Made by a program: the position numbers and the translations under genes. Positions 15,066 to 24,572 of a stretch of 34,536 nucleotides of DNA are shown here, in pieces. Every line of letters begins with the position of its first letter. Position 1 is the stretch's first letter. Source of the stretch: an uncultured Clostridia bacterium (GTDB lineage: Bacteria; Bacillota; Clostridia; Christensenellales; Borkfalkiaceae). The notes under the pieces were generated by a model. That model was given only the letters and a program-made list of their open reading frames with translations. It did no database searches and was not told the origin of the DNA. The DNA lies in assembly GCA_947589335.1 (NCBI GenBank), contig CANPZH010000001.1, positions 1-34,536 of the forward strand. The letters are read 5' to 3'.

Positions 15066-18000
15066 ATGGCGGAGAAAAAATCTCGCAAATCCAAAAAAAT
15101 GCCCGCGGAGACCATCCTCGATCTGCAGGCCCCCAAATATGTCGGCTATCTCGACTGCGTGCTCGGCACGCCCATCGTGCTCAAAGTCCGCAACGGATAC
15201 GAGGAGGCGATCGAACTGCGTTTGGAACTCGGCGACGGGGAGGGCCTGCTCGTGCCCTACCGCACGTCGGCGCAGGTCCCCTTCGAGAGCACCGTCTCCG
15301 TCACGGCGCAGGGGGTCTTTTCGCCCCTCTTTCTTGCGGAGAATGCCGCACTGCGCACCGTCACCGTCACGGCGACGGCTGCAGCGGATGGCGCAGCCCC
15401 CTGCAGCGCGGAGGCGCAGATCGGCGTCCTTCCCTATGACTTCTGGGAGGGGCTCGAGGGCAACGCGGAGAGGCTCGCCTGCTTCGTCCGCCCGCGCGTT
15501 CTCGACTGCGGGAGGATCCTGGAGGACGCCGGCAAGCGGATGCGCCGCTGGGGAGACAGTTCCGAAGTCCTCGGCTATGCCGCGTCCGACAAGAACACCG
15601 TGCGGAAGGTCGCGGCGGCGGTCTATGCCGCGCTGAAGGACCGCGACATCGAGAAGGCGGAAGAGGGCGATCTTTCCCGCCCCTGCCGCGCATTTTCCGA
15701 GAATTTGCTCAAGGGCGGCAAGGCGAGCCCCCTGGAGCTCGCGCTGTTTGCCGCGGCGTGTTTCGAGGCGGCGCAGCTGCACCCCGTCATCGCGGTGGGG
15801 AAGAACGCCGTCGGCGTGGGCGTCTGGCTGTACGACGCCTGCTTCCTCGATACCGTCACCGACGACGCCGAGATCGTCGGGAAATACATCTCGGAAGGGA
15901 TCAACAATCTCAGCTTTTTCGACGTGGAGGATCTCTTCTCGTCCAAGAATATCGGCTTTACGCCCTCCGAGGCGCACTTTGCGGAGAAGCTCAAAGAGGG
16001 CTACTTCGAAGTCTTCACGGACGTGCACAGATGCCGCGCCGCGGGGCTCCTCCCCCTTCCGCTCAAGACGAAGGGGCTCCACGGGAGCGAGCTCGTCAGC
16101 GAGACCTCGGGGGATTCCGCGCCCGCGCCTCTGCCCGAGTACAAGGCGCTCGGGATCGAGGGAAAACTGCCCAAGAACAGGCAGTGGGAGCGGCGGCTGC
16201 TCGATCTTACGACGAAGAACGCCCTGCTGAATTTCACCGGCAAGAACGCGCTGCACGCCCGCTGCGGCGACCCCGACGCGCTGCGCGCCGTCCTCTCGGA
16301 GGGGCGGGATCTGACGCTGAAGGAGGGCGGAAGCGAGAAGACCGCCTTCGGCATGAAGTACACGGCGGCCGAGCGGGAGCTGATCGTGCTCGAGCACAAG
16401 AACGGCATTCTGCGGGTCTATGCGGACGGGGAGACGCTCTCGGAGACCGCCCGCGCCCTCGCCCGCAGGAACCGTGAGGCGGACGAAGAGTCGGGCGCGC
16501 GCATCCTCTATCTTGCCCTCGGGTTTTTGCAATATGTCTCGAAAGAGGACGGAAAACCCAAGTATGCGCCCCTCGTGCTCGCGCCCGTCAGGATCGGGCG
16601 GGCGAAGGGGAACGAGGAATTTTCCGTCTCACCCGAGGGAACGGACATCTTCGTCAACTCCACCCTGCTCGAATTTCTCAAGCAGGAATTCAATATCGAC
16701 GTGCGCGGTCTGGCGTCGGACATCTCCGCGCTGAAGCTTGCGGAGGTCTTCGCGATGGTGCGTGCGGAGACGGCGGGCATGAAGGGCTGGACGGTCGTGC
16801 AGGACGCGTATCTCGCGACTTTCTCCTTCCAGCGCTACCTCATGTGGAACGATCTCCACACCCACTTCGACGAACTCGGCTCGAACGCGGTCGTCTCGGC
16901 GCTCCTGAACAACCGTCCGCTCAGGGCGGAGTTTCCCGTCCCGCGGGAGGAGGACGACGCCGATCCCGCCGGCACGCTCATTCCGCTCCCCGCGGACAGT
17001 TCCCAGTATTCGGCGATCGCGCTGTCGCGGACGGGGGCGAGCTTCGTATTGCACGGCCCGCCCGGAACGGGAAAGAGCCAGACGATCACGAACATGATCG
17101 CCAACGCCCTCGAAGACGGCAAACGGGTGCTCTTCGTCGCAGAGAAGAAGGCGGCGCTCGACGTCGTCAAAAAGCGGCTCGACGCGATCGGCATCGGCGA
17201 TTTCTGCCTCGAGCTCCACGGCGGGAAGACGGACAAGGCAGACGTCGTCCGCCGTCTCGAGCACACCCTTTCCCTCGCGGGCGGGGCAGAGACGGACGGC
17301 TTCCCCCGCGGGGCGGAGGAGGTGCGGTATCTGCGCGAGGAGCTCAAAAAGCCCATGCTCGCCCTGCACAGGAAGCGCCGTCTCGGGATCTCCGTCTACG
17401 AGGCGATCCTGCTCTATCTCAAAAACAAGGACGCGCCCGACGTCATGGACATCGAGAGCGCCTTCTACGATACCCTGAGCGAGCGTAAGCTCGCCGAATG
17501 CAAAAATAAGATCCTCTCCGCCGCCGCGGCGGCGAAGGAGTGCGGAGGGGTCTTCAATTCCCCCTTCGACAACGTCTACACCACCGAATATTCGCAGGAG
17601 CTGCGCGATAAGATTTTCTGCGCCTCGGAGGTGCTCCTCACCGAGATCAAGCATCTGAAGGCTTTCCTCGGGCTCTTCCTCGAATTCTACCGCCAGCGGC
17701 TGTCTGCGGTCACACAGAAGAAGCTCGACAACATCCGCAAGATCGCATCCGATCTCGCGGGCGGGGTGTATGCCAAGTATTTTACGGGGGTGACGCAGGA
17801 GGAGTTCTACGTCTTCTACAACGCCAACCGCCGTCTCGACGAGAACCTCGCCTTTTACAGCCGTCATTTCAAATCCATCGTCGATCTCGGCAAGGACCGC
17901 GAGGAGATCAAAAAGATCTTCGAACAGGAGGGAGACGTCCGCCGTACCAAAGTGGGGCAGACGGCGATCAGGAAGCTCCTCCGCGCCGCCTATCATCCTC

Positions 18001-20660
18001 TCGACAGCGAAGACGCCGTCAAATTCCTGCAGATCCTCGTGGAGATCCACGATTCGGTGGACCTCATCGGGAGCAGCCCGCTCGCGAAGAACTTCCTCGA
18101 CCGCGGGGGAGACATCGTCTATAAACGGAGAACGGAGTATCTCTCGGCGCTCTACGGCCTGCACGATCTCGCGGCGCAGACCTTCCTCGACTACAATCCC
18201 GACGCCTTCAACGACATGTGCCTGCGGGCGCAGAGCGGCTATACGCTTCCCGTCCTCGAGGGCTATCTGAAGGCGGAGGACGCCTTTCTGCACGCGCAGG
18301 AGAGCTTCCTTGCGGTCACGAAGGCAAACCGCGACAAGCTCCGCAGGGAGGACGTGCTCGACTATTTCACGGCGAAGGCGGGCGCGCTCATCGACAACAT
18401 CGACATGCTCTCCAACTGGTGCATGTACCGCAAGACGGGGGAGGTCCTCTCCGACCTCGGCTGCAACTTCGTGACGGAGGCACTCGAGAGCGGCAGGCTC
18501 ACGAGCGAAAACGTGCTTGCGGGCTTCGAGAAGAACGTCTATAAAAACTTCCTCGAGATCAATCTCCCCGCCGATCCCGACCTCTCGCGCATGACGGCGG
18601 GCACCCTCGAAGACACGGTGGAAAAGTTCCGCCTCGCATGGGAGGCGTTTGCGGAGGCGACCCGCGGGAAGATCCGTTCCGATCTCATCTCCCGTCTGCC
18701 CTCGGAGGGGTACGAGGGGAGCCTTGCGGTGGAGGTCGCATCTTTCCGTCGGCTCGCGAAGTCGAACCTGCGCGGAACGGGGCTGCGCGCCCTGTTCTCG
18801 GAGATCCCCGAGCTCATGGGGCGGATCTCGCCCTGTCTGCTGCTCAGCCCCGTTACGGCGGCGCAGTATCTCCGTCCGCAGGCGGATCTTTACGACCTTG
18901 TCATCTTCGACGAGGCGTCCCAGATGACGACGGCGGAGGCGGTCGGGTCGATCGCCCGCGCGAAGGCGGCGATCGTCGTCGGCGATCCCCGCCAGCTCCC
19001 GCCCACGGCGTTTTTCAAGTCTGCCTATGTGGACGAGGAGAACCTCGAAAACGAGGACCTCGAGAGCATTCTCGACGACTGCCTCGCCCTCGGCATGCCC
19101 GAGCGCCATCTTCTCTGGCATTACAGGAGCAAGCACGAATCCCTCATCGCCTTTTCCAACAGCATGTACTACGACAACAAGCTCTGCACCGTCCCGTCGC
19201 CCGATGCGCTCGAGAGCAAGGTGCGTTTCCGCCTCGTCGACGGAACGTACGACCGCGGCTTCACGAAGCGCAACCAGAAGGAGGCGGAGGCGCTCGTAAA
19301 GGAGATCGTCGCGCGGCTCCTCGACCCCGTGCTGTCCCGTTCGAGCATGGGCGTCGTCACCTTCTCGAGCGCGCAGCAGCTCTATATTGAGCGTCTGCTC
19401 GGCAAGGAGATCGCGGCGAAAAAGCTCGAGGCCGCCGCATACGACAGAGAAGAGCCGCTGTTCGTGAAAAATCTCGAGAATGTGCAGGGGGACGAGAGGG
19501 ACGTCATCCTCTTCTCCGTCTGCTACGGGCCCGATCCCGCCGGGCGGGTCTCGCTCAACTTCGGGCCGCTCAACCAGTCGGGCGGCTGGCGGAGGCTCAA
19601 CGTCGCCGTCTCCCGCGCACGGGAGGAGATGATCGTCTTCTCGTCGATGACCGCGGGCATGATCGACCTGCAGAAGACGACCTCGAAGGGGGTCGCAGGG
19701 CTCAAGGCCTTTCTGGAGTTTGCCGAGCGCGGCAAGACGACGCTTGCCGTCCGTCCTGCCTCCGTACGCGAGCGGCAGGGAATGGGCAAATACCTCGCGG
19801 AGGAGCTGCGCGGCTACGGCTATCACTGCCGCGTGGACGTGGGCGCCTCCGACTTCAAGATCGACGTCGCCGTGCTCGATCCCGCAAAGGGGGAATTTAT
19901 TCTGGCGATCCTCTTCGACGGCGAGGAGCAGTTCTCCTTAAAAGACAGGAACATTCTGCAGGTGCAGGCGCTCAAGCGCAGCAACTGGAACGTACTGCGG
20001 GTCAACAGCGTCAACTACTACAACAATCCCAAGCGGGAGGTCAAGCGGATCAAGGAGCTGCTCGACAAGCTCACGGGCACGGAGCGGAAGAGGGACGCGA
20101 GCCTTGCGAAGTATGCGCGGCCCTACCGCGCGGTCAAGACGACGGGCGCGGAGGTCGCCGCGTTCGTGACGTGCGGGGAGAACGACGCCGCCGTTTCGGC
20201 GCGGCTCAAGGAGATCGTCGCGCTGGAGGAGCCCATCTCCCGATCCTTCCTGAAGGCGCGGTGCCTTGCGACCTTCGGCATCGCGAAGCCGGGCGCTCGG
20301 CTCTACGCCAAGCTCGACGAGCTCATCGACGGCTGTTCCTTCCGCCGCGAGCGTGTGAACGGGACGGACTATTATTACAAGACCGACCGCGCGGTCGCGA
20401 TCGGGCGGTTCCGCACCGAGAAGGATCCCGTCCTGCGCCGCGAGGAGGATCTCACCCCCTTCGAGATCGTCTCCTACATCAAGGCGCTCCTCGAGGACCG
20501 CGTGAGCGTCTATCTCGACGAACTCCTCGTCTGCCTCGCGGGCGCGTTCCGCGTGCGCAGGACCGAGCGGCTTGCGGCATTCGTCCGCGACTGCATCGCC
20601 TACGGGGAGCAGAAGGGGATCCTGGTGCGTTCGGTCTCCGACCGGATCGCTCTGGCATAA
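15066..20660 (+). CDS. Very large Upf1-like SF1 helicase (1864 aa) with DUF4011-like, restriction-endonuclease-like and DUF3320-like regions
   Basis: Helicase motifs seen: Walker A GPPGTGKSQT (17055-17084), motif II VIFDEASQM (from about 18900), VVGDPRQLPPT, WHYRSKHESLIAFSN, ENVQGDERDVILFS and RRLNVAVSRAREEM. A DUF4011-like RRLLDLTTKNALLNF starts near 16185. A Vsr/DUF559-like block DFKIDVAVLDP...AILFDGEE...NWNVLRV lies at about 19813-20060. A DUF3320-like tail lies at about 20220-20657. The start at 15066 is preferred (GAGGGAG RBS at 15052-15058), and an in-frame ATG also exists at 15033. Confidence 0.9.
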   Translation: MAEKKSRKSKKMPAETILDLQAPKYVGYLDCVLGTPIVLKVRNGYEEAIELRLELGDGEGLLVPYRTSAQVPFESTVSVTAQGVFSPLFLAENAALRTVTVTATAAADGAAPCSAEAQIGVLPYDFWEGLEGNAERLACFVRPRVLDCGRILEDAGKRMRRWGDSSEVLGYAASDKNTVRKVAAAVYAALKDRDIEKAEEGDLSRPCRAFSENLLKGGKASPLELALFAAACFEAAQLHPVIAVGKNAVGVGVWLYDACFLDTVTDDAEIVGKYISEGINNLSFFDVEDLFSSKNIGFTPSEAHFAEKLKEGYFEVFTDVHRCRAAGLLPLPLKTKGLHGSELVSETSGDSAPAPLPEYKALGIEGKLPKNRQWERRLLDLTTKNALLNFTGKNALHARCGDPDALRAVLSEGRDLTLKEGGSEKTAFGMKYTAAERELIVLEHKNGILRVYADGETLSETARALARRNREADEESGARILYLALGFLQYVSKEDGKPKYAPLVLAPVRIGRAKGNEEFSVSPEGTDIFVNSTLLEFLKQEFNIDVRGLASDISALKLAEVFAMVRAETAGMKGWTVVQDAYLATFSFQRYLMWNDLHTHFDELGSNAVVSALLNNRPLRAEFPVPREEDDADPAGTLIPLPADSSQYSAIALSRTGASFVLHGPPGTGKSQTITNMIANALEDGKRVLFVAEKKAALDVVKKRLDAIGIGDFCLELHGGKTDKADVVRRLEHTLSLAGGAETDGFPRGAEEVRYLREELKKPMLALHRKRRLGISVYEAILLYLKNKDAPDVMDIESAFYDTLSERKLAECKNKILSAAAAAKECGGVFNSPFDNVYTTEYSQELRDKIFCASEVLLTEIKHLKAFLGLFLEFYRQRLSAVTQKKLDNIRKIASDLAGGVYAKYFTGVTQEEFYVFYNANRRLDENLAFYSRHFKSIVDLGKDREEIKKIFEQEGDVRRTKVGQTAIRKLLRAAYHPLDSEDAVKFLQILVEIHDSVDLIGSSPLAKNFLDRGGDIVYKRRTEYLSALYGLHDLAAQTFLDYNPDAFNDMCLRAQSGYTLPVLEGYLKAEDAFLHAQESFLAVTKANRDKLRREDVLDYFTAKAGALIDNIDMLSNWCMYRKTGEVLSDLGCNFVTEALESGRLTSENVLAGFEKNVYKNFLEINLPADPDLSRMTAGTLEDTVEKFRLAWEAFAEATRGKIRSDLISRLPSEGYEGSLAVEVASFRRLAKSNLRGTGLRALFSEIPELMGRISPCLLLSPVTAAQYLRPQADLYDLVIFDEASQMTTAEAVGSIARAKAAIVVGDPRQLPPTAFFKSAYVDEENLENEDLESILDDCLALGMPERHLLWHYRSKHESLIAFSNSMYYDNKLCTVPSPDALESKVRFRLVDGTYDRGFTKRNQKEAEALVKEIVARLLDPVLSRSSMGVVTFSSAQQLYIERLLGKEIAAKKLEAAAYDREEPLFVKNLENVQGDERDVILFSVCYGPDPAGRVSLNFGPLNQSGGWRRLNVAVSRAREEMIVFSSMTAGMIDLQKTTSKGVAGLKAFLEFAERGKTTLAVRPASVRERQGMGKYLAEELRGYGYHCRVDVGASDFKIDVAVLDPAKGEFILAILFDGEEQFSLKDRNILQVQALKRSNWNVLRVNSVNYYNNPKREVKRIKELLDKLTGTERKRDASLAKYARPYRAVKTTGAEVAAFVTCGENDAAVSARLKEIVALEEPISRSFLKARCLATFGIAKPGARLYAKLDELIDGCSFRRERVNGTDYYYKTDRAVAIGRFRTEKDPVLRREEDLTPFEIVSYIKALLEDRVSVYLDELLVCLAGAFRVRRTERLAAFVRDCIAYGEQKGILVRSVSDRIALA

Positions 20661-20703
20661 ACACTTCGGGGGCCTTCGGGCCCCGCAGCGGAATATCGGC
20701 GCC

Positions 20704-22668
20704 ATGAAACACGAAACCCGTCTCAACTTCCGTCCCGCTCTCTTTTGCGCGATCGGGCTCGCATTCGGGATCTTTCTCTATGCGAAATGTCGGTTCGGAG
20801 GGCTCTCTCCTTCCGACTTTCTTTTTATCGCGCTCTTTCTCGGGGCGGGACTGATCCCGTTCTCGCCCAAGCGGATCCTTGCGGTGCTGCTCTGCACGGT
20901 CATCGCGGCGGGGATCGGCGCGCTCAGGCTGCACATCTACACCGAACGGTTCAACGCCTCGGCGGAGGAGGGCGCCTACCGTCTGACGGGCACGGTGCAG
21001 TCGGTCGCCGTCAAGCGGGGATACTGCGTCGCCGTCCTGAGGGATCTGACCCTGAACGGGGAGGAGACGGGCGGGAGATGCCGCCTGATCCTCTCGTCCG
21101 CGGAGCTGTCTCCCGCAGACGTCATCGCCGTCGACGCGTCGGTCAAACCCGTCCGGACGGACGATTTTTCCGACCCCTATGTGCGGGCATGGTTTGCGGC
21201 GGACGTCCGCTACCGCGCGAGCGCGGGCGGATTCGAGCGCTTCGGGATCTCGAAAGATCCCTTCCTGTGGGTCAACCGCGCCCTGTTTACCGCCTTGTAC
21301 GGACACATGGAGGAGGACGAGGCGGACCTCGCCTACGGGCTTCTGACGGGCAGTACCGCCTCCCTCGACGCCGACCTCGGCGACGCCGTGCGGCGGGGCG
21401 GGATCGCCCACATCTTCGCCGTCTCGGGGCTGCACATCGGCATTCTGTATGCGGCGGCGCAGCTTTTGTTCCGCTTTCTCAAGAAGTACCGCTTCCTCCC
21501 CGCCCTTACGATCGCCTTTCTCTATTGCGGCGTGTGCGGATTCACCGTCTCCGCCGTCCGCGCGTTCATCATGTACAGCGTGCTCGGGGCGTTCCGCGCC
21601 GTCGGGCGGAAGCACGACTTTCTCGGTTCGATCGCCTTTGCCGCGATCGCCGTTCTGCTCTTTCTGCCCGCGCAGTGGTTTGCGGCGGGCATGAAGCTCT
21701 CCTTCGGCGCATGTATCGGGCTCGCCCTGTTCGCGGGGCCGCTGTCCCGCGTCTTTTCCCGCGTGCACATGCCCGCCCCGCTCGGGCGGTATCTCTCCTC
21801 CGCGCTCTCCGTGCAGATCTTCACCTTCCCCGTGCTGATGGACGCCTTCGGCTACTTCTCGGTGTGGGGATTTGTGCTCAACTTCTTCCTGCTCCCCGTC
21901 CTTCCCTTCGTCTTCCCGGGCGTTCTGCTGTGCACTCTTTTTGCCGTCATCATCCCGCCCGCCGCGGGCTTTTTCCTGCTCTTCCCGCAGGGGATCTTCT
22001 CCCTTTTGCTCTATATTCTATCCGTGGTGGACGTCTCCTTCGTGATCTGCGGATTTTCGCTCGGCGCGGGCGGCGTCATCTGGCTGACGGGGTGCGCCGC
22101 GCTCTCGCCGCGCGTGCGGCTGCGTCCCTCCGTGAGGGCGGTCTGCGCGGCGGCGTTTTCCGTCCTCTTTGCGCTCACGGTCACCCTCGAGAACGTCGTA
22201 TTCACGGGCGTGCGGCTCGACGTCTGGCGCTCGGAAGACGGCTATGCCCTGCTCGCGCGTACGCCGCATGAGAGCGTGCTCGTCATCGACGGAGTGATCG
22301 GCGTGCGCGACTGCGAAGATTTTCTCCGCCGCACCTACGGCGGGAGGGCGGACCTTGTCGTCGTGCTCTCGGACGACGAACTCGACGGGATCAACACGGC
22401 GGCGTTCCTGCCTGCGGAGGCAGTCCGCGCGCGGGACGAGATCGAAACGGGGCTGACGGAGACGAACCTCCTCTTCGGCGAGAGCTTCTCCTGCGGCGGA
22501 ATGACCTTCCGCTACGAGACGCGTGAAAAGCTCCTTCTGTACGCGGAGGGGCTGGCGGTCGAGGTGGATTTCCACGGAAACGCCGCTCTCGGGGCCGATT
22601 TCTTTCTCGGAGAGGGCTGCGGGGGCTTGAAATATCTGCTCGACGGTGGTATAATAAAACAGCTATGA
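20704..22668 (+). CDS. comEC: ComEC/Rec2 family DNA internalisation channel protein
   Basis: A polytopic membrane protein with the competence-domain motif GGIAHIFAVSGLHIGIL. The comEC-holA order is conserved. The C-terminal beta-lactamase-like region looks degenerate. Confidence 0.85.
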   Translation: MKHETRLNFRPALFCAIGLAFGIFLYAKCRFGGLSPSDFLFIALFLGAGLIPFSPKRILAVLLCTVIAAGIGALRLHIYTERFNASAEEGAYRLTGTVQSVAVKRGYCVAVLRDLTLNGEETGGRCRLILSSAELSPADVIAVDASVKPVRTDDFSDPYVRAWFAADVRYRASAGGFERFGISKDPFLWVNRALFTALYGHMEEDEADLAYGLLTGSTASLDADLGDAVRRGGIAHIFAVSGLHIGILYAAAQLLFRFLKKYRFLPALTIAFLYCGVCGFTVSAVRAFIMYSVLGAFRAVGRKHDFLGSIAFAAIAVLLFLPAQWFAAGMKLSFGACIGLALFAGPLSRVFSRVHMPAPLGRYLSSALSVQIFTFPVLMDAFGYFSVWGFVLNFFLLPVLPFVFPGVLLCTLFAVIIPPAAGFFLLFPQGIFSLLLYILSVVDVSFVICGFSLGAGGVIWLTGCAALSPRVRLRPSVRAVCAAAFSVLFALTVTLENVVFTGVRLDVWRSEDGYALLARTPHESVLVIDGVIGVRDCEDFLRRTYGGRADLVVVLSDDELDGINTAAFLPAEAVRARDEIETGLTETNLLFGESFSCGGMTFRYETREKLLLYAEGLAVEVDFHGNAALGADFFLGEGCGGLKYLLDGGIIKQL

Positions 22669-23648
22669 AATTTGTCCGGCTGGCGGCAAGCCTGAAAGAG
22701 AAGATCGAACCGGTCTATCTCGTCGAGGGGGAGGAGATCTATTTTCGCGAGCACGCGGTCAAGAGCATCCGCGAGGCGTGCAAGCTGACGCAGCCCCTCC
22801 TCAACGACGTGCGCGTCGAGGGGGAGACCTTGAAGGGCGACCGTCTCTTTTCCTTCCGCGACGAGCTCTTCGCGCTGCCCTTTTTCGACGAAAAGCGGCT
22901 CGTGCGGGTGTACGACTTCTACCCCACGGAGAAGGAATGGGAGAGCGCGCTCAAGGGATATGCGGAAAAGCCCTGCCCTTCGACGGTGCTCGTCATCGTC
23001 AACGGGGGCAAGAAGGCGAACGCCGCCGATCTGAAAAAGAAGAGCGGGGTGACCCATGTGGACTGCGGACGGGAGGACGAAGAGACGCTCGCCCGCTGGC
23101 TGTTCACGCTCATGCGGCGGGAGGGGCTCTCTCCCGACGCGGACGCCGCGGGGCTCATGGTGAAGTACTGCGCCTGCGACGCCGCCCGCATGAAGAAGGA
23201 GACGGAAAAACTCAAGGCCCTCCTCGGCGAGGGGGGAAGGGTGACCCGCGGGGTCGTCGAAGAGCAGGTCGCCAAAGACGCCGAATATAAGATCTACGAG
23301 CTCACGCAGGCGGCGTCGCGGGGGAACTACGCCGTCTTTTCGGAGATCTTGAGCGATCTTCTGGACAAGGGGTACGACGAGAGCTCCGCTCTCTCCGCGC
23401 TCACCTCCCATTTCAAGACGCTGTCAGAAGTCGCCAAGATGCGGGGCAGCGACGCGGAGATCGGCAAGACGCTCGGGATCAAGCCCTACGCCGTGCAGAA
23501 GAACAGGGAGCTCGTCTCCCGTCTCGGGAGGGAGCGGACGGAGTCGCTGTACCGCGAGCTCTACGCCCTCGGGTGCGGAATGCGGAGCGGGCAGTGCACG
23601 AAATCGGCGGCGCTCAAGGCGGCGGTCGCAAAAATCTTTTTCGGTTGA
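22665..23648 (+). CDS. holA: DNA polymerase III delta subunit
   Basis: An ATGA overlap couples it to comEC. The N-terminus PVYLVEGEEIYF, the overall length and the synteny are typical of HolA. Confidence 0.8.
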   Translation: MKFVRLAASLKEKIEPVYLVEGEEIYFREHAVKSIREACKLTQPLLNDVRVEGETLKGDRLFSFRDELFALPFFDEKRLVRVYDFYPTEKEWESALKGYAEKPCPSTVLVIVNGGKKANAADLKKKSGVTHVDCGREDEETLARWLFTLMRREGLSPDADAAGLMVKYCACDAARMKKETEKLKALLGEGGRVTRGVVEEQVAKDAEYKIYELTQAASRGNYAVFSEILSDLLDKGYDESSALSALTSHFKTLSEVAKMRGSDAEIGKTLGIKPYAVQKNRELVSRLGRERTESLYRELYALGCGMRSGQCTKSAALKAAVAKIFFG

Positions 23649-23683
23649 GCCAAAATAAAACGGGGAAAAGGACGGAAAACCCT

Positions 23684-23711
23684 TTGCATTTTTGCGGGGG
23701 GAAGTGATAAT
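23684..23711 (+). promoter_or_regulatory. Sigma-A type promoter: TTGCAT, 16 nt spacer, GATAAT
   Basis: -35 at 23684-23689 and -10 at 23706-23711, preceded by TG. Confidence 0.5.
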
Positions 23712-23753
23712 ATATAGAGGAAAGCGCGGCTTTTGCGCAGAGAGGCAAGGAAT

Positions 23754-24572
23754 ATGAGCAACGTCTGGGAATCGATCAAACGCGTCTTCACCGAACCGAA
23801 CTGGGGCGCCTACTTCGCGGAGTGGGTGTTTTTGTCCCTGCTCGTCTATCTGGTGTTCCGCATCCTGAAGGAGAACAACGCGCAGCGTCTCATCATCGTG
23901 TATGCGGCGATCACGTTCTGCGTCGGAGTGGTGTTCCTCTTCTCCGACAACTTCGGCGTGACGGAGTATTTCCTCTTCCTGCTCCTCATCTCTCTGTTTT
24001 TCCTGCTGCTGTTCAGCCAGGAGATCAAGCGGGCGATCTGGACGGGCAAGCGGAATTCGGAGCCGAAGAGCGAGGCGACGGCGAAATCCGCAGTCGCCGC
24101 CAAGGCGGAGGAGTACATCGCCTCCGTCGTCCGCGCGGTGCAGAACCTCTCGAAGAACAACACGGGCGCGCTCATCGTGCTCTCCAACGGCAATTTGCCC
24201 AAGGAGATCGTCGACAGCGGCGTCAAGCTGAACGCCGCCATCTCCAACCAGCTCATCGAGGGCATCTTCATCAACAAGGCGCCCCTGCACGACGGCGCGA
24301 TGATCATCTACGGCGATAAGATCCAGGCGGCAGGCTGCTTTTTGCCGCTGACCCAGAAAGATTTCCCCAAGGACTACGGCACCCGCCACCGCGCGGGCAT
24401 CGGGGTCACCGAAGTTGCCGACGTCTCCACGATCATCGTTTCCGAGGAGACGGGGATCGTCTCCGTCGTCAAGCGCGGGGAGATCACCCGCTATGCGGAT
24501 TCGGAGCTTCTGAAGAAGTTCCTGCACGAATACTACTGGAAAGAATTCAACACGGAGGGCAAGAAGGCATGA
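23754..24572 (+). CDS. cdaA: Diadenylate cyclase (membrane-anchored, DisA_N/DAC domain)
   Basis: Three N-terminal TM helices and a DAC domain with GALIVL, APLHDGAMII and YGTRHRAGIGVTEVADVSTIIVSEETG motifs. An alternative start lies at 23733. Confidence 0.9.
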   Translation: MSNVWESIKRVFTEPNWGAYFAEWVFLSLLVYLVFRILKENNAQRLIIVYAAITFCVGVVFLFSDNFGVTEYFLFLLLISLFFLLLFSQEIKRAIWTGKRNSEPKSEATAKSAVAAKAEEYIASVVRAVQNLSKNNTGALIVLSNGNLPKEIVDSGVKLNAAISNQLIEGIFINKAPLHDGAMIIYGDKIQAAGCFLPLTQKDFPKDYGTRHRAGIGVTEVADVSTIIVSEETGIVSVVKRGEITRYADSELLKKFLHEYYWKEFNTEGKKA

